Origin: Octopus vulgaris
Lineage: Eukaryota
Direction of reading: 5' to 3'
DNA: 64,000 nt
Assembly (NCBI GenBank): GCA_951406725.2
Contig: OX597831.1
Coordinates: 43,400,001 to 43,464,000 of the forward strand
Shown: positions 11,912-23,780 of the stretch, piece by piece
Layout of the letters: every line of letters starts with the position of its first letter
How positions within the stretch are numbered: the first letter of the stretch is position 1
Translations under genes and position numbers: made by a program
The notes under the pieces: generated by a model
The model's input: the letters and a program-made list of their open reading frames with translations, nothing else
Database searches by the model: none
What the model was told of the DNA's origin: nothing

Positions 11912-12086
11912 TTATATGGATCAACATTGAGATCTTTTTCAGAGTAAATTACTGAATGGAATGGCTGTTTTGTACTGAAAAATCTTGTGGAAGGCTCTAT
12001 ATGATAAGTTGGTTCATTTGGGATTGAAATTTCCCCACGAAATAATTTTGCTATAATTACTCCAAATACTTTACTATTTGAATAAC
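11912..12086 (-). CDS. ADAM10: ADAM10 prodomain exon (GYSNSKVFGVIIAKLFRGEISIPNEPTYHIEPSTRFFSTKQPFHSVIYSEKDLNVDPYK)
   Basis: TTTTCAG acceptor, GTAAGT donor at 11911. 175 nt, phase 1->2. F.G.I, Y.IEP..R.F and PFHSVIY motifs. Confidence 0.95.
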
Positions 12087-12821
12087 CTGAAAATGTTTGA
12101 AAAATAATTATTATTAAGTTGTAACATTGGCACATAGTGATTTTTTTTTTTACTTTCCTTTTTATTGGGGTGGGATATAAAAAATAAAATGGACCTAGTT
12201 CTTGATTGCTATGTTATTTTATCTACCTCAGAAGGATGAGAAGGCAAGCTGACTTCAACAGGATACTCTATCCACAAGGCAATTTGTAGAAGCCTCTAAC
12301 AATTCTGACAATCTACTGCCTTTATAATTAACATTAACACAAAACCAATTATTAAAAGAAATTCATAATTAAGCTACAGAAGTGTATTCAGTGATTCACC
12401 AAAATAAATAGTTACTAGAGGAGTCTCTCTTTCTCTCTCTGAAAAATATCTAGCAATCAGTAAAATGCTTGAAGAAGGACTGTACAGTAAACCCAGAAAA
12501 AGATGATAACAAAAATAAGTAAAAAAAACAATTTCATAATGTCTATACTTTAGTTTGGCAATTAGCTCCTATTTACTTGTGTATAACACTGGTATTAGAC
12601 AAGAATTAATTTCAACTATCAGATTTTTCTAAACAGTGATAAAATTCTAAATAACATGCTCTACTTTAACCAAATCCACATATAATGTTGTAAGTCATTA
12701 AGCCTTTTCTTTTTGCTCTTTCCAGATTTTCTTCAGCTCTGCTTTAGGACAAGCCAACTTTTGTTTTAGCAATGGCATTTTACGGATGCCTAACTACTGG
12801 ATTATAATGGGGCAACATTAA

Positions 12822-13041
12822 CCCATTAGCATTTAAATTATTCTGTCAAATGTATCACTTCTTTATTCACATTGTTTTGAATTAATTATGCATTAACTGG
12901 TAGCTTTGAGTTTTTGATGAAGTGATTGTTTATTTTTAGAATGACATGGTAGGGTATGTGTAAAAGGCAAGATCCGGACAGTATGAACATAAAACAGGTA
13001 GAACACTTGGACCAGATACGGCTGGTTTATATGATGAAGGG
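12822..13041. mobile_element. piggyBac-type MITE
   Basis: TTAA-CCCATTAGCATTTAAA ... ATGATGAAGGG-TTAA. Homologues at 5680 and 31541. Confidence 0.75.
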
Positions 13042-13149
13042 TTAAGATATATGGTGAACTCAAGAAATGTTTATGTAACAGGCTAAGAAGACAAAAATTT
13101 AAGATGGCTTAATATGTGATGAGACGAAATGGTATAAGCTAAGTGAAAT

Positions 13150-14340
13150 AGGGTTTTGCACAATTCGGGTTATTTGCTTACTACGTCACCAATATCGTTT
13201 GGGACAACTGATGAAGTACTAATTACACACTACATCATCAATATTTAAGCTGGTCCTTTAAATTCTTGGTGATAGGAACTGTGTGTCTGATAAAACATGC
13301 AAGTGACGATACTTGTAATTTTATTATCTTTTAAACAGTTTTAATTAGTTTTAAATATAGCAAGGTTTTATAATAATAGTTAATTACAAGTACTTTTATT
13401 AGTTCCTATTTAATTAAATTTAATGTTTCTATTGGTAATTTAATATTATAGCTTGTAGCGGTGATATATTAATGAGTATGTAGTGTTTTATTATTAACTT
13501 TTGAATGATGAAATAAAGTATTTCACTCATAATTATTATACTATTAGTTAAATTAATTTCAATTGCGTTTGTTTTGTTTTGGTGAGATTTATATAAAGCT
13601 TTAACTTTTATTATAGTAGTAACTATGGAAGACCAGTGGGATTATTGTTTGTATGAACTTAAAGAATGGTCGTAATTTAGCATATAATTTAGTTATTGCA
13701 ATTTACTATTAATACCGATACGATGTACATTGGTTTATAGGTTTCTTTGTTGTAGTTTTATTAAAGTTAGTGTTTAATCCTGCCTATATATTGATTGATT
13801 GAATGAATGAATGTGGTTATCAAGCTTTCACTTTTATATTATACTATGGGAGACAGTAGGGATTATAATTTTTGTATGACTTAATGGATTGGTTGCTGTT
13901 TAGTTACGTATTTAGGAGTTGGTTGTAATTTACTCATTGAATTTATTTACTGATACGGTTGTACATAGGGTAAATGTGTTTGAAAATTGTGGTTTCATTG
14001 GTTTGTTTGTACCCAAACAACACATTTTAGTGCTGTTGACACCACCAGCTTGAATGGTACTTCCCCTGGTGTCGAAACCATAATGATATCTGCAAGACAG
14101 CTGATGGTGGAGGTATGTTGGATTGTTGGTATGGCTATCTTTGTATATGTAGAATAGTATTATTGGATTGTTGGTACGACTGTTTCTGTATATGTGGAAT
14201 AGTATTATAACACATCCTTTTGATATCCTAAATGGCAATATAGCATGGCTCCAGTGTATAGATTTCAGGTTCAAAACTACTTTTAAAATTGGCAATGTAA
14301 CATTACTGCACAATACACAGCTTACACAGAAAACTATGCT
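13150..14340 (-). mobile_element. Highly degraded Penelope-like element
   Basis: Minus-strand relics such as TLPILKVVLNLKS and YIYKDSHTNNP resemble the FLDVTLNL and YIH..SNHP motifs. Many stops and a local ~40-bp duplication near 14110-14210. Confidence 0.4.
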
Positions 14341-14445
14341 TTTCAAGAGCCATTGAGTATATCTCTTTACAGTCACTTGACCTACTAAGAATAGAAACCA
14401 AATATCCCTCAATTACAACTAGCCATCTTATAAGATGAGGGATAA

Positions 14446-14672
14446 AGGCGGCAAGCTGGTACAAATGTTAGCACGCCGGGCAAAATGCTTAGCAGTATTT
14501 CGTCTGCCGCTACGTTCTGAGTTCAAATTCCGCCGAAGTTGACTTTGCCTTTCCTCCTTTTGGGGTCAATCAAATAAGTACCAGTTACGCACAGGGGTCA
14601 ATGTAATCGACTTAATCCCTTTGTCCTTGTTTGTCCCCTCTATGTTTAGCCCCTTGTGGGCAATAAAGAAAT
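14446..14672 (+). mobile_element. Full-length tRNA-derived SINE family B (MetaSINE-like central domain)
   Basis: GGCGGCAAGCTGGT..GAGTTCAAATTCC head, GACTTTGCCTTTCCTCCTTTTGGGGTCAAT..AAGTACCAG domain, AATAAAGAAATAA tail. Confidence 0.8.
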
Positions 14673-15194
14673 AAGATGAAGGATACATTGGATTGTGTGA
14701 TCCTAGATGTATAATGCTTTCTGTCATAGGTGTCTGCTCAGTCAGGGCTAACCTGGTGGGTAAATGACGGTTTTCATAAGTAATGTATATGATGTCATTC
14801 AGGTGATTATGATAATACAAAGACCAGTCAGAGCACAATAGCTAAATGCAATTTAGAAGACTGCAGTGATAATGATAACATACTATCCTTATCATACAAA
14901 TGGCTTTTCATAATACAAATCTTAAGTGCAACAACACATGTCAATGTAATAGTTAGGAAATAAAAGATTGTATATCTAACAAGAAAGAACAATACCATTA
15001 AATGATGTCACAATAACCTCTGTACATAGTAAAGTAAGAAATAATATCTGAATATCTATATGATGATGATGATATACGAATCAAAAGAGCAATGTAGGAA
15101 CTGCATAAATTTGAAATGGCATTCAGCAGGTCATAAGCAAACTTAATATTGAATATATTGAAGTTTAGAAATAAAAAGTTGACAATTGCATCAT

Positions 15195-15917
15195 AATCAT
15201 CATCATCATCGTTTAACGTCCGCTTTCCATGCTAGCATGGGTTGGACGGTTCAACTGGGGTCTAGCAAGCTCGAAGGCTGCACCAGGCCAGTCAGATCTG
15301 GCAGTGTTTCTACAGCTGGATGCCCTTCCTAACGCCAACCACACCGAGAGTGTAGTGGGTGATTTTATGTGCCACCGACACAGGTGCCAGACAAGGCTGG
15401 CAGACGGCCACGCTCGGATGGTGTTTTTATGTGCCACCGACACAGGTGCGAGACGAGGCTGGCAGACGGCCACGCTCGGATGGTGTTTTTCTATGTGCCA
15501 CCGACACAGGTGCCAGACGAGGCTGGCAGACGGCCACGCTCGGCTGGTGTTTTCTTATGTGCCACCGACACAGGTGCCAGACGAAGCTGGCGAACGGCCA
15601 CGCTCGGATGGTGTTTGTTACGTGCCCTCAGCACGGAGGCCAGTCGATGCGGTACTGGCTACGGTCACGTTCGGATGGTTTTCTTATGTGCCACCGGCAC
15701 TGGTACCACAAGGATACAAATTCCATTGATGTTCATCTATTTTGATTTGGTTTGATTTGATTCGATTTGATTTGATTTGATTTGATTTTCACTTGCCTCA
15801 ACAGGTTTTCACAAGTGTCACAAGAAGGAAGGTATGCACAGGTGGACTGACTACGTCCCAGGTAGGGGCCACGGGTTATGGCTTCACTAGTCTTGCCGGG
15901 TCTTCTCACACACAGCA
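15195..15917 (-). mobile_element. 3' end of RTE-clade LINE with internal ~60-bp tandem repeats and (GAT)n tail
   Basis: Reverse complement matches 63095-63686 (ORF end YAV.EKTRQD, 3'UTR, (TCAAA)n). About 4-5 repeats of TGTGCCACCGACACAGGTGCCAGACGAGGCTGGCAGACGGCCACGCTCGGATGGTG. Confidence 0.85.
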
Positions 15918-16431
15918 TATGACAACAAATTACATAATAGGAAATGTATGGCCCTCGTGTAGAATCAACCAAATTTAAGAGTTAAGGTCTAATTCGCTTA
16001 ATAATAACTATGAGTATCTTTCAGGGAATGATATTAAAATGGCTTAATTGTACACACTGAAAGCAACTGGAGTACATATTTTAATAAAATATGCCTTTAA
16101 CCTCATACCATTCAATAATCAGAAAACTGAGCAATTCTACAAGACAACATACATTCATTCATTCATACATACATACACACATTAAATGCACTAAAAATTA
16201 CTATATGAGGTCGTGGTTCATCTGATGATGATCTAATTTGTTATAATTTCTAATTATTTACTGATTTTGATTCTTGACTGCAGAAACTATCATAATGGAA
16301 TAACTGAAATACCAACGATTTTCTTCCACTTGAGTCTGACAAGTCACCCATACAGCTAAGTGCTTTATAGGTGCAAAACCAATGGTTACTCTCTGATTGG
16401 CCATAACAACCTCTATAAATAACCATAACTT

Positions 16432-16462
<31 letters not shown>

Positions 16463-16694
16463 CGGAGTAAGCACATAAATGTGAAACAAGGTGGAAAAGA
16501 GAGTACTCAAATACCAGAGTGTAGAGTAATATGCTTTATTTAAAAGCAGCAGAAATATAACAAAAGAGTTTCATGAAACATAACAAAAGAAGGAACATGA
16601 AACTGAGTAACAGCTTTTGTTATATTTCTTCTGCTTTTTATATATATATATATATATATATATAATTATTCTTATTACATGATTATTAATATAT

Positions 16695-16721
<27 letters not shown>

Positions 16722-16725
<4 letters not shown>

Positions 16726-17508
16726 AGCAAGAAAAAAGCAACAAAAATTTAGTGGAGCGTATAGACAATCACTCACAAAGGGTATAAAGGGTAACTGAGA
16801 AGGAATGGGATTGTGATTGTGATTACAATCACAATCCCATTCCTTCTCAGTTACCCTTTATACCCTTTGTGAGTGATTGTCTATACGCTCCACTAAATTT
16901 CCTTCAACAAATTCTAACATAGCAGTTTTGAAAAATGATCAGAAATGCAAACAGCATACCTTCATACATCAGGAAACCCACTTTATTATGAACTAATTAT
17001 GGATAAATACATCGTCTGTGAGTATGAAATCTCTCCTCATATCTCCAGAATTCAAACATTCGTCATTATTATGGATGGATTTACATTTTCAATTTCTGTG
17101 AAACTAAGAGGTTTTTTAAAATACTTTTTTAAAGCCTGTTATTTGACTCTGCAACATTAGAGAACTTTGGATGTCTGTCTATTATCTAAATCTGATTTTT
17201 ATAGAACTATCCCGAATGTTTCATGAGTGTAGCCTCACCCCCTTAGATGTTTTGAGAACTCAGATGTTTTTTCGGCTGATGAGTATGGGCCACGTGTATT
17301 TGCTGCAATATTTGCAGCCTTAATAAAGGTGTCTTCGTACGAAACAATTGTACCGAAATATTGATCCATTTTTGTTGCTTTTTTCTTGCTTATAATCACC
17401 CCACATTATCTTATGGTTAATACCATATAGATTTCTGGTGCATCTAAGTTAAGTACCTCATTCATGTGAATTCAACAGAACTCACTTGAATCTTAATTAC
17501 TTTTACTA
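16722..17508 (+). mobile_element. Non-coding foldback element with hammerhead (Penelope pLTR or retrozyme-like)
   Basis: Perfect 27-bp IR (16722-16748 / 17368-17394), perfect 76-bp hairpin (16745-16900), hammerhead at 17270-17358, (TA)n flanks. Confidence 0.7.
17270..17358 (+). ncRNA. Type-I hammerhead ribozyme
   Basis: tttcgg CTGATGA gtatgg..(gctgcaa-tat-ttgcagc)..tcgtac GAAA caattg TA ccgaaa. 6-bp stem I, G-C closed stem II, palindromic stem III ACAATTGT, GUA triplet (cleavage after 17352). Confidence 0.88.
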
Positions 17509-17944
17509 TATATATATATATATATCTCAGGAAATAAAATCAAAATTAAACACTGATGAGTAATGTTGAATATTATAACCAAATGTACTGAATAAAATTT
17601 AATCAGACCACTTTCTGATTCAGTAGATCCTTGGTGGATTAGGATTTCGTGTGACAATAGGGAAGTAACCAGGTAGAGAATTGACAAAACACTGAATCTA
17701 TTTCAAGATTTTAAATGTGAGAAAAAGCAGTGGAAGAACTATAGAGATTGAGGAAGAGAAAAAAAATAAAAATAAGAGTATGTATTTTCTTCATGGTATT
17801 TTTTTAAAAGAGTATGTATCATCTTCAATTGTAGGCAAAGTATTAACTACTTAAGTATTAACTACATCACAACACATCCTACTTAAGCAGTAAGATGTGT
17901 TGTGATGTGACATCAGTTCTCACACATATAAGAAACAATGTAAT

Positions 17945-18285
17945 ATACGGGTAAAGACCCCCTTCGGTCATGAATGACCATGGGATTGCACCTAGAAAGT
18001 TACCCTCCTAGACACAAGTCCGGGCAAGGTTGTTTATGGAAGACCAGCAGTCGCCCATGCATACCAGCCTCCCCTCTCCATGCCACCAGTGTTATCCAAG
18101 GGAAAGACAAAGGTCGATACAGCGTGGCACCAGTGACGTCGCAACTCATTTCTACAGCTGAGTGAACTGGAGCAACTTGAAATAAAGTGCTTTGCTCAAG
18201 AACACAACGCGCAGCCCGGTACGGGATTCGAGCTCACAACCTCACGATCGTAAGCTCGACGCTCTAACCACTGAGCCATGCGCCC
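17945..18285 (-). mobile_element. tRNA-derived SINE family C
   Basis: Minus strand GGGCGCATGGCTCAGTGGTTAGAGCG..GAGCTCGAATCCC head, then GTTGTGTTCTTGAGCAAAGCACTT central domain. CpGs retained. Degenerate copies at 24995-25225 and 40755-40905. Confidence 0.82.
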
Positions 18286-19439
18286 GAAAGTAGATATAAA
18301 TGAGAGATATTTCAATATATGAACTAAACATCACTGAGGATAATTACCTGAAATTATCTCCCATATTGAATATGATTTGGGAAAGAGTTTAAATGGGTGG
18401 TGATAAGAAACAAACCAAAGAACATTAAACAATAAAAAATATCAGTTACAATCTGACAGAATTTAAGCTTTTACAGCCTCCCCTACCAACTCCACTCCAT
18501 AAAATTAGCTAATTCATGAAGATCGAGTCAGATATTTTGTAAATCGAAACATCAGAAATATCAGGGAATAATCAAATAGATTCACATTTAATTACAGTTG
18601 CAACAATTAATAGCAATTAATAAAAGGAATTACTCAAATTATCTATAACAAGTAGATAACAATAAAGATATAATTACACAGGTAAACATATATCAGACTG
18701 CAAATATACATTGTTTACATGTAAAGAACAGAGGACAACAGTGTTGAGAGGGCACTCCTCTAAATATGGTTGTACAGACTTGAAATTTCTCTGAAGAGAA
18801 TTAGGTAACAGCTTGTAGTTGGGATTAATAATCTTAACAGCACTCTGAACATCATGATTCAAATAGATTTATTCTAAGAATGTGATCAGAATATCAATAA
18901 TGATCAGTTTTCACTATTTGCTTGGAACCCCCGCCCTATTCTGACATAATGAAGCATTATAAGAATGTGGCACACCACTAGAAATCAAAATAAAGTATAT
19001 ATACAAAGATTCAGGTGTGGCTGTGTGGTAAGAAACTTGCTTTTCAACCACATGGTCCTGGGTTCAGTCCCATAGCATGGTACCTTGGGCAATAGTTTTG
19101 TGGCTATCAGGCCTCATCAGCATTACATTTTTAAATCTACGTCCAGAAATTCCAGGGTGCACATAGGGTATATTTTAACGATGAATGGAGAAGACGGAGT
19201 GTAAAAGCATTTATTAGTACAACAATTGTTGTGAGTGGATTTGGTAGACAGAAACTAAAAGAAGCTCGTCATATCAACCAGTATTGGTCTGTTTACATCC
19301 CCATAACTTAGCAGCTCAGCAAAAGAGATCGATAGAATAAGTACTAGGGTCATTTGATCAACTATAAACCCTTCAAGGTGGTGCTCCAGCATGACCACAG
19401 CCATACTGACTGAAACAATATATATATATATATATTAAA

Positions 19440-19928
19440 GATTAATGGAGAAAACAGAATATAACAAAAAGCATGACAATTGTTTTGGCTTCAAGGTGCA
19501 CAGCTCCCTAACGGGCGTGGAATGATGCAATAACACCAGATGCAACGCAGAGTGCAAAAGAGCCTCTAAATACAACCATTTACCTTTGTGAAATTGAAAT
19601 GTAAATAAGCATATTATGCCACCCGAAGGGGTGTTTTTGCACTGTGTGTTGCATCTCCTATTATTGCATTGTTCCATGCCCATTAGGGAGCAGTGCAACT
19701 TGAAGCTAAAACAATTGTTGTACTAATAAATGCTTTTACACTCCGTCTTCTCCATTCATCGTTAAAATATACCCTATGTGCACCCTGGAATTTCTGGACG
19801 TAGATCTAAAAATGTATTGCTGATGATGCCTGATAGCCACAGACACACCACCTGGGGCTTACTCTGAAACAAAGCTTGGATACAGCATTTAACGCCTAGT
19901 TTCTAAAACTTAATTCTTTAACTTTAAA
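19440..19928 (+). mobile_element. Copy of the 6490-6890 non-coding repeat
   Basis: Aligns with the reverse complement of 6490-6770. Flanked by (TA)n and (CA)n. 19710-19840 is inverted relative to 19100-19230. Confidence 0.7.
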
Positions 19929-20106
19929 TTCAACACACACACACACACACACATTATACTTATTATTCTCGAGACATGTTCTGGTTTTTGTTAGAACAGA
20001 AAATTGTATCTCTTGCGCTCTGACATTCACAAAAGAATTTGAGTAGAAGTTGTAGGTTTTTATATTTCTCCATAGGTGTTCATTGTTCTATAAGGAATTT
20101 GATTAG

Positions 20107-20148
<42 letters not shown>

Positions 20149-22121
20149 TAAACAGGGATTTTAAACTTCCAGTTGTGTGAAGGCAGAGTTTCTTTGGCAT
20201 TTGTTTCAAAAATTTCTTTAGGTTTTATATGCTAAAGTAGAGCTGAGAAAGGTGTGCATATATTCATGTATAAAAATAGGACATGCCTGACTAATAACCC
20301 TGACCTTATAAATGAAAACAGAATAATAATAACAACAGCAACAAATAAAGTCAGGACCAGCCTAAATTCTTTTGTGAGAAAAAAAGTTGCTGCACCCTAT
20401 AACTGATATTGGTTTTTGTACCTTTGTGATTTATATTGTGAAAGCAAAAGGATTAAATCCAGTAATAGAAAAGCAGCAAAAATTCTGTCACATTTTATGC
20501 CCACCTAACAAAAGAGAAACACCTAGAGGCTGCTACCCTCTTGACACCCTGACCACACAACTAGCACCCCCACCTCAACTAACCATCACAAACCCCTTTC
20601 TGAAGCAAATTCAAAGCAACTGAATTTCACAAATAAAACTTAACCTAATTTGTTGTTTTTGCATGAATCTTTATGGTCCCACTTTTCTTCAATATCCTCT
20701 TGAAACTTACCACCACCCCAGCAGGGGAGGGCAATACTGCCCACTTTGGGAACCACTGCAACCCCAATTTAATCAATAGAGATATTTTCAAAACACCTTT
20801 CCATAAAAACCTAACTACCACCCCATTCCAAAACCTGTATAGCCAAAAATGATTTTAACTCAACAGAGATCACACAAAAGCAAAACTAGCTCCAATGCTC
20901 CGTAATCCAACATTCTTGAATAAGAAAATTAAATTTAAGCTCTACACAAGTATAGAGTAACCCATCAAATTAATGTAAAATTGCTATTATTACAACTAAA
21001 CATAAAACAAACAGTGTACCATCATCATCATCATTTGGGATCCACTGTCCAAGCTAGCATAGGCTTCGATTGTTTGACTGGAACAGATAAGCTGGAGAGC
21101 TGTACCACGCTCCAGTCTGATTTGGCTTGGTTTCTACGGTTAGATGCCCTTCCCAATGCCAACCACTCCAAGAGTGTAGTGGTTGCCTTTTATGCGTCAC
21201 CAGCATAGGTGTTTCTATGTGCCTACCAGCACTGGCCATGACTGCAATTTCACTCGGTTTGATGAGTCTTTTCACGCATTTAGCACACGCACACATACAC
21301 ATTATAGTATGAAACATTAAATGTTTCACTCCTTACATCAGTTGAAGTAATCACCTACTTCCACACACACACACACACACACCAATGTACCAAGTGTTGT
21401 TGGCAAACACCATTACCATCCAAACGTTAGCTTCAGCTTTTTGTTTAGTATCTGTTTTCCATGTTGGCATGGGTTGGACGGTTTGACATGGGAGCTGTCC
21501 AGACCCTGGCTGTCTGTTGTGGCATGGTTTCTACTATGGCTGGATGCCCTTCCTAACACCAACTGCTTAACAGAGTGTGTTGAGTGCATTTTTACATACC
21601 ACTGGCACGGGTGCATTTACACAGCAGCGGAACAGGTATATTTACAAAGCACTGGCACCTGAAAGGACAAGCCTGGATGTGTGGAAGACAGCTATTTTAC
21701 TTAGCTTGACACACCTTATCAAGTACAGCAAATCTGACCAGAAATAATCAACATTGAGTGTTTTTAATAATAATGAATACATTACATACAAAAACTGCAT
21801 GTATATAAGTTAAGAGGTTCAAAAAGCCTGGATTAAACAAACTGACAAGCTCTTTGTTATGCTGAGAGTATTTTCTAACAGGTTTATTGTGCTCAAACAC
21901 TGACGTAATATACAGTCATGGTAAACATAATTTTGATTTATTGTTACAGCAGAAAATAAAACCATGAGCAAAAATGATATTTTTTCCTGTTTTTGATTTA
22001 TATTTTAATATGAAATACTTATGTATTTCAGAATGCTGTAACAATAAATCAAAAGCGTGTTTTCTTGTTTAAAATGTAAACAGTCGTTATTTTTAAAAGA
22101 ATGCAAATTGAAATTAGTTAC

Positions 22122-22243
22122 CTAACACTGTTCCTTTATATACAAAGGATGTGTCAACTGGTTCCCTTGTACCATTTCTATTTTGATGTACATGATCTGG
22201 AGCGAAAATTGTGTCATCTTTTTCAAGCTTCAATGTGAAGTCT
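22122..22243 (-). CDS. ADAM10: ADAM10 prodomain exon (RDFTLKLEKDDTIFAPDHVHQNRNGTREPVDTSFVYKGTVLG)
   Basis: TTTGCAG acceptor at 22245-22244, GTAACT donor at 22121. 122 nt, phase 2->1. R.F.L.L..D..IF and DTS..Y.G...G motifs. Absent from the ORF track. Confidence 0.94.
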
Positions 22244-22446
22244 CTGCAAATATTGAACACATTTATGTTTACAATACACAGTTAACGTGATTGAGAATTA
22301 AGCAAAGCAAAAAAAAAAAAAAAAACAGAGAGACAGACAGACAGAAAAGAAAAGAAAAAGAAAATTACTAAATTTTAAGTTTGCTGGAAACAGTAAGTTA
22401 TGCTGTTATGATTCGGTATAAGTATTAGTAACATAATTTATTGTTT

Positions 22447-22600
22447 GGGGAGAGTCATTCTCTTTTAGTGCCTTATTAATTTAACACACTCACCAGTCTG
22501 ATTTCCACTCATTTATATATAAATAAATAAGTAAACAAGTGGAAATCAGACCGGTGAGTGTGTTAAATTAATAAGGCACTAAAAGAGAATGACTCTCTCC
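22447..22600. repeat. ~62-bp-arm inverted repeat
   Basis: GGGGAGAGTCATTCTCTTTTAGTGCCTTATTAATTTAACACACTCACCAGTCTGATTTCCACT versus its reverse complement at 22538-22600, about 2 mismatches. Confidence 0.9.
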
Positions 22601-23129
22601 AGATAATAAAATATGCTTCGACACACGAATTCCCATAAAGTATCTTGCAAACCAAATATAAAAAAAAAAAAAAAATTATAAGCAACATAATTTAAAGTGA
22701 AATGTCTGCTTACATTAACTTGTAGTTGTTGGACAGCAGCTATGCTGGGGCACCACTTTGAAGAGTTAAGTCAAACAAATCAACCCCAGTACTAATTTTT
22801 AAAGTTTTGGACTTATTCAGTATCTTTTGCCGAACTGCTAATTTACAAGGGCATAAACAAACCAACACCAGCTGTGAAGCAATAGAGGGGGGGAACAAAC
22901 ACACACACACATACAATGGGTTTTATAGTTTATGTCTACCAAATTCATTCACAAAGCAGTGGTTAACCCAGGGCTATAGAAGACATTTGACCAAGGTGCC
23001 ACACCATGGGACTGAACCTAAAGCCACATTGTCTTTAGGCATAGATGTAAGACCAAGTAAAAGTGGATGGAAATGATGAAAGTCACACGAGTCTAACTTA
23101 CATTGGCTATTTGATCCCTGCTGTTTTAA

Positions 23130-23353
23130 CTCTTTTGATACCAACCCAGCTGAAAATGCCTCTGGGTCTGTAGTAAAAATATCTTGATTTCAAAAGTTCT
23201 GAATTAAAATTTTTCAGCAAACCTTAGTCACAGTTTAAGTTCCTAACACTAGTTCAAGGATAACTAAGTTGTTTTTCTAAATTCTTTGTTATATTTGAAA
23301 TTAACTGAAAGAAACACAGAGCAATCTCAACAGAAATATGATAGCAAAAAGGG
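23130..23353. mobile_element. piggyBac MITE related to the 36-1115 element
   Basis: TTAA flanks. Ends CTCTTTTGATACCAACCC / AAATATGATAGCAAAAAGGG resemble CCCTTTCGTTACCAAACC / AAATATAGTAACGAAAGGG. Confidence 0.75.
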
Positions 23354-23780
23354 TTAAATATGTTATCACAAATTTAACTTGGGTTTCCTAAATAAAGTTC
23401 AATGTTTCTTAAGTTTGGGTGCTGCTGGCTGAGGAAGGTTTTCAACATTTTGGTGAAAAGACTTCATGCAGGAGTGAGTAGTTTTCCTTCATCCTTACTC
23501 CATAAGTTAGGACAGTAAAGACTGGTTGAATATGATAGTGTTAGTAGTTGCACACATGTGGGAAATGGTTGAAGTGGAGAAAAAGTGTTGAGTGTAGTAG
23601 AGAAAGAGAATTTGGGAGAAGGTGAAGTGGAGACAGAATAAAGTATTAAATGAGGGGAAAGGATTAAAACAGGAATGGTCAGTTTAAGGAAGAGAATTGT
23701 TTTTGCTGATCAGTTCAGTGACTAAAATAAGAGGTTGGTCAATAGCAGTGTAGTGGACACTTAGTGAAATTCTCTCTCTC

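Noticed and set aside
13195-13310. Hammerhead around CTGATGA at 13208
   Set aside because: No properly placed GAAA or stems on either strand.
15360-15700. CRISPR-like regular repeats and overlapping ORFs at 15213-15755
   Set aside because: Head-to-tail tandem units with no unique spacers, no cas genes and a eukaryotic context. They are part of a LINE 3'UTR, and the ORFs arise from the repeat.
18215-18285. tRNA gene
   Set aside because: Has A/B boxes but no full cloverleaf and runs into a SINE body and tail. The same applies to the other SINE heads.
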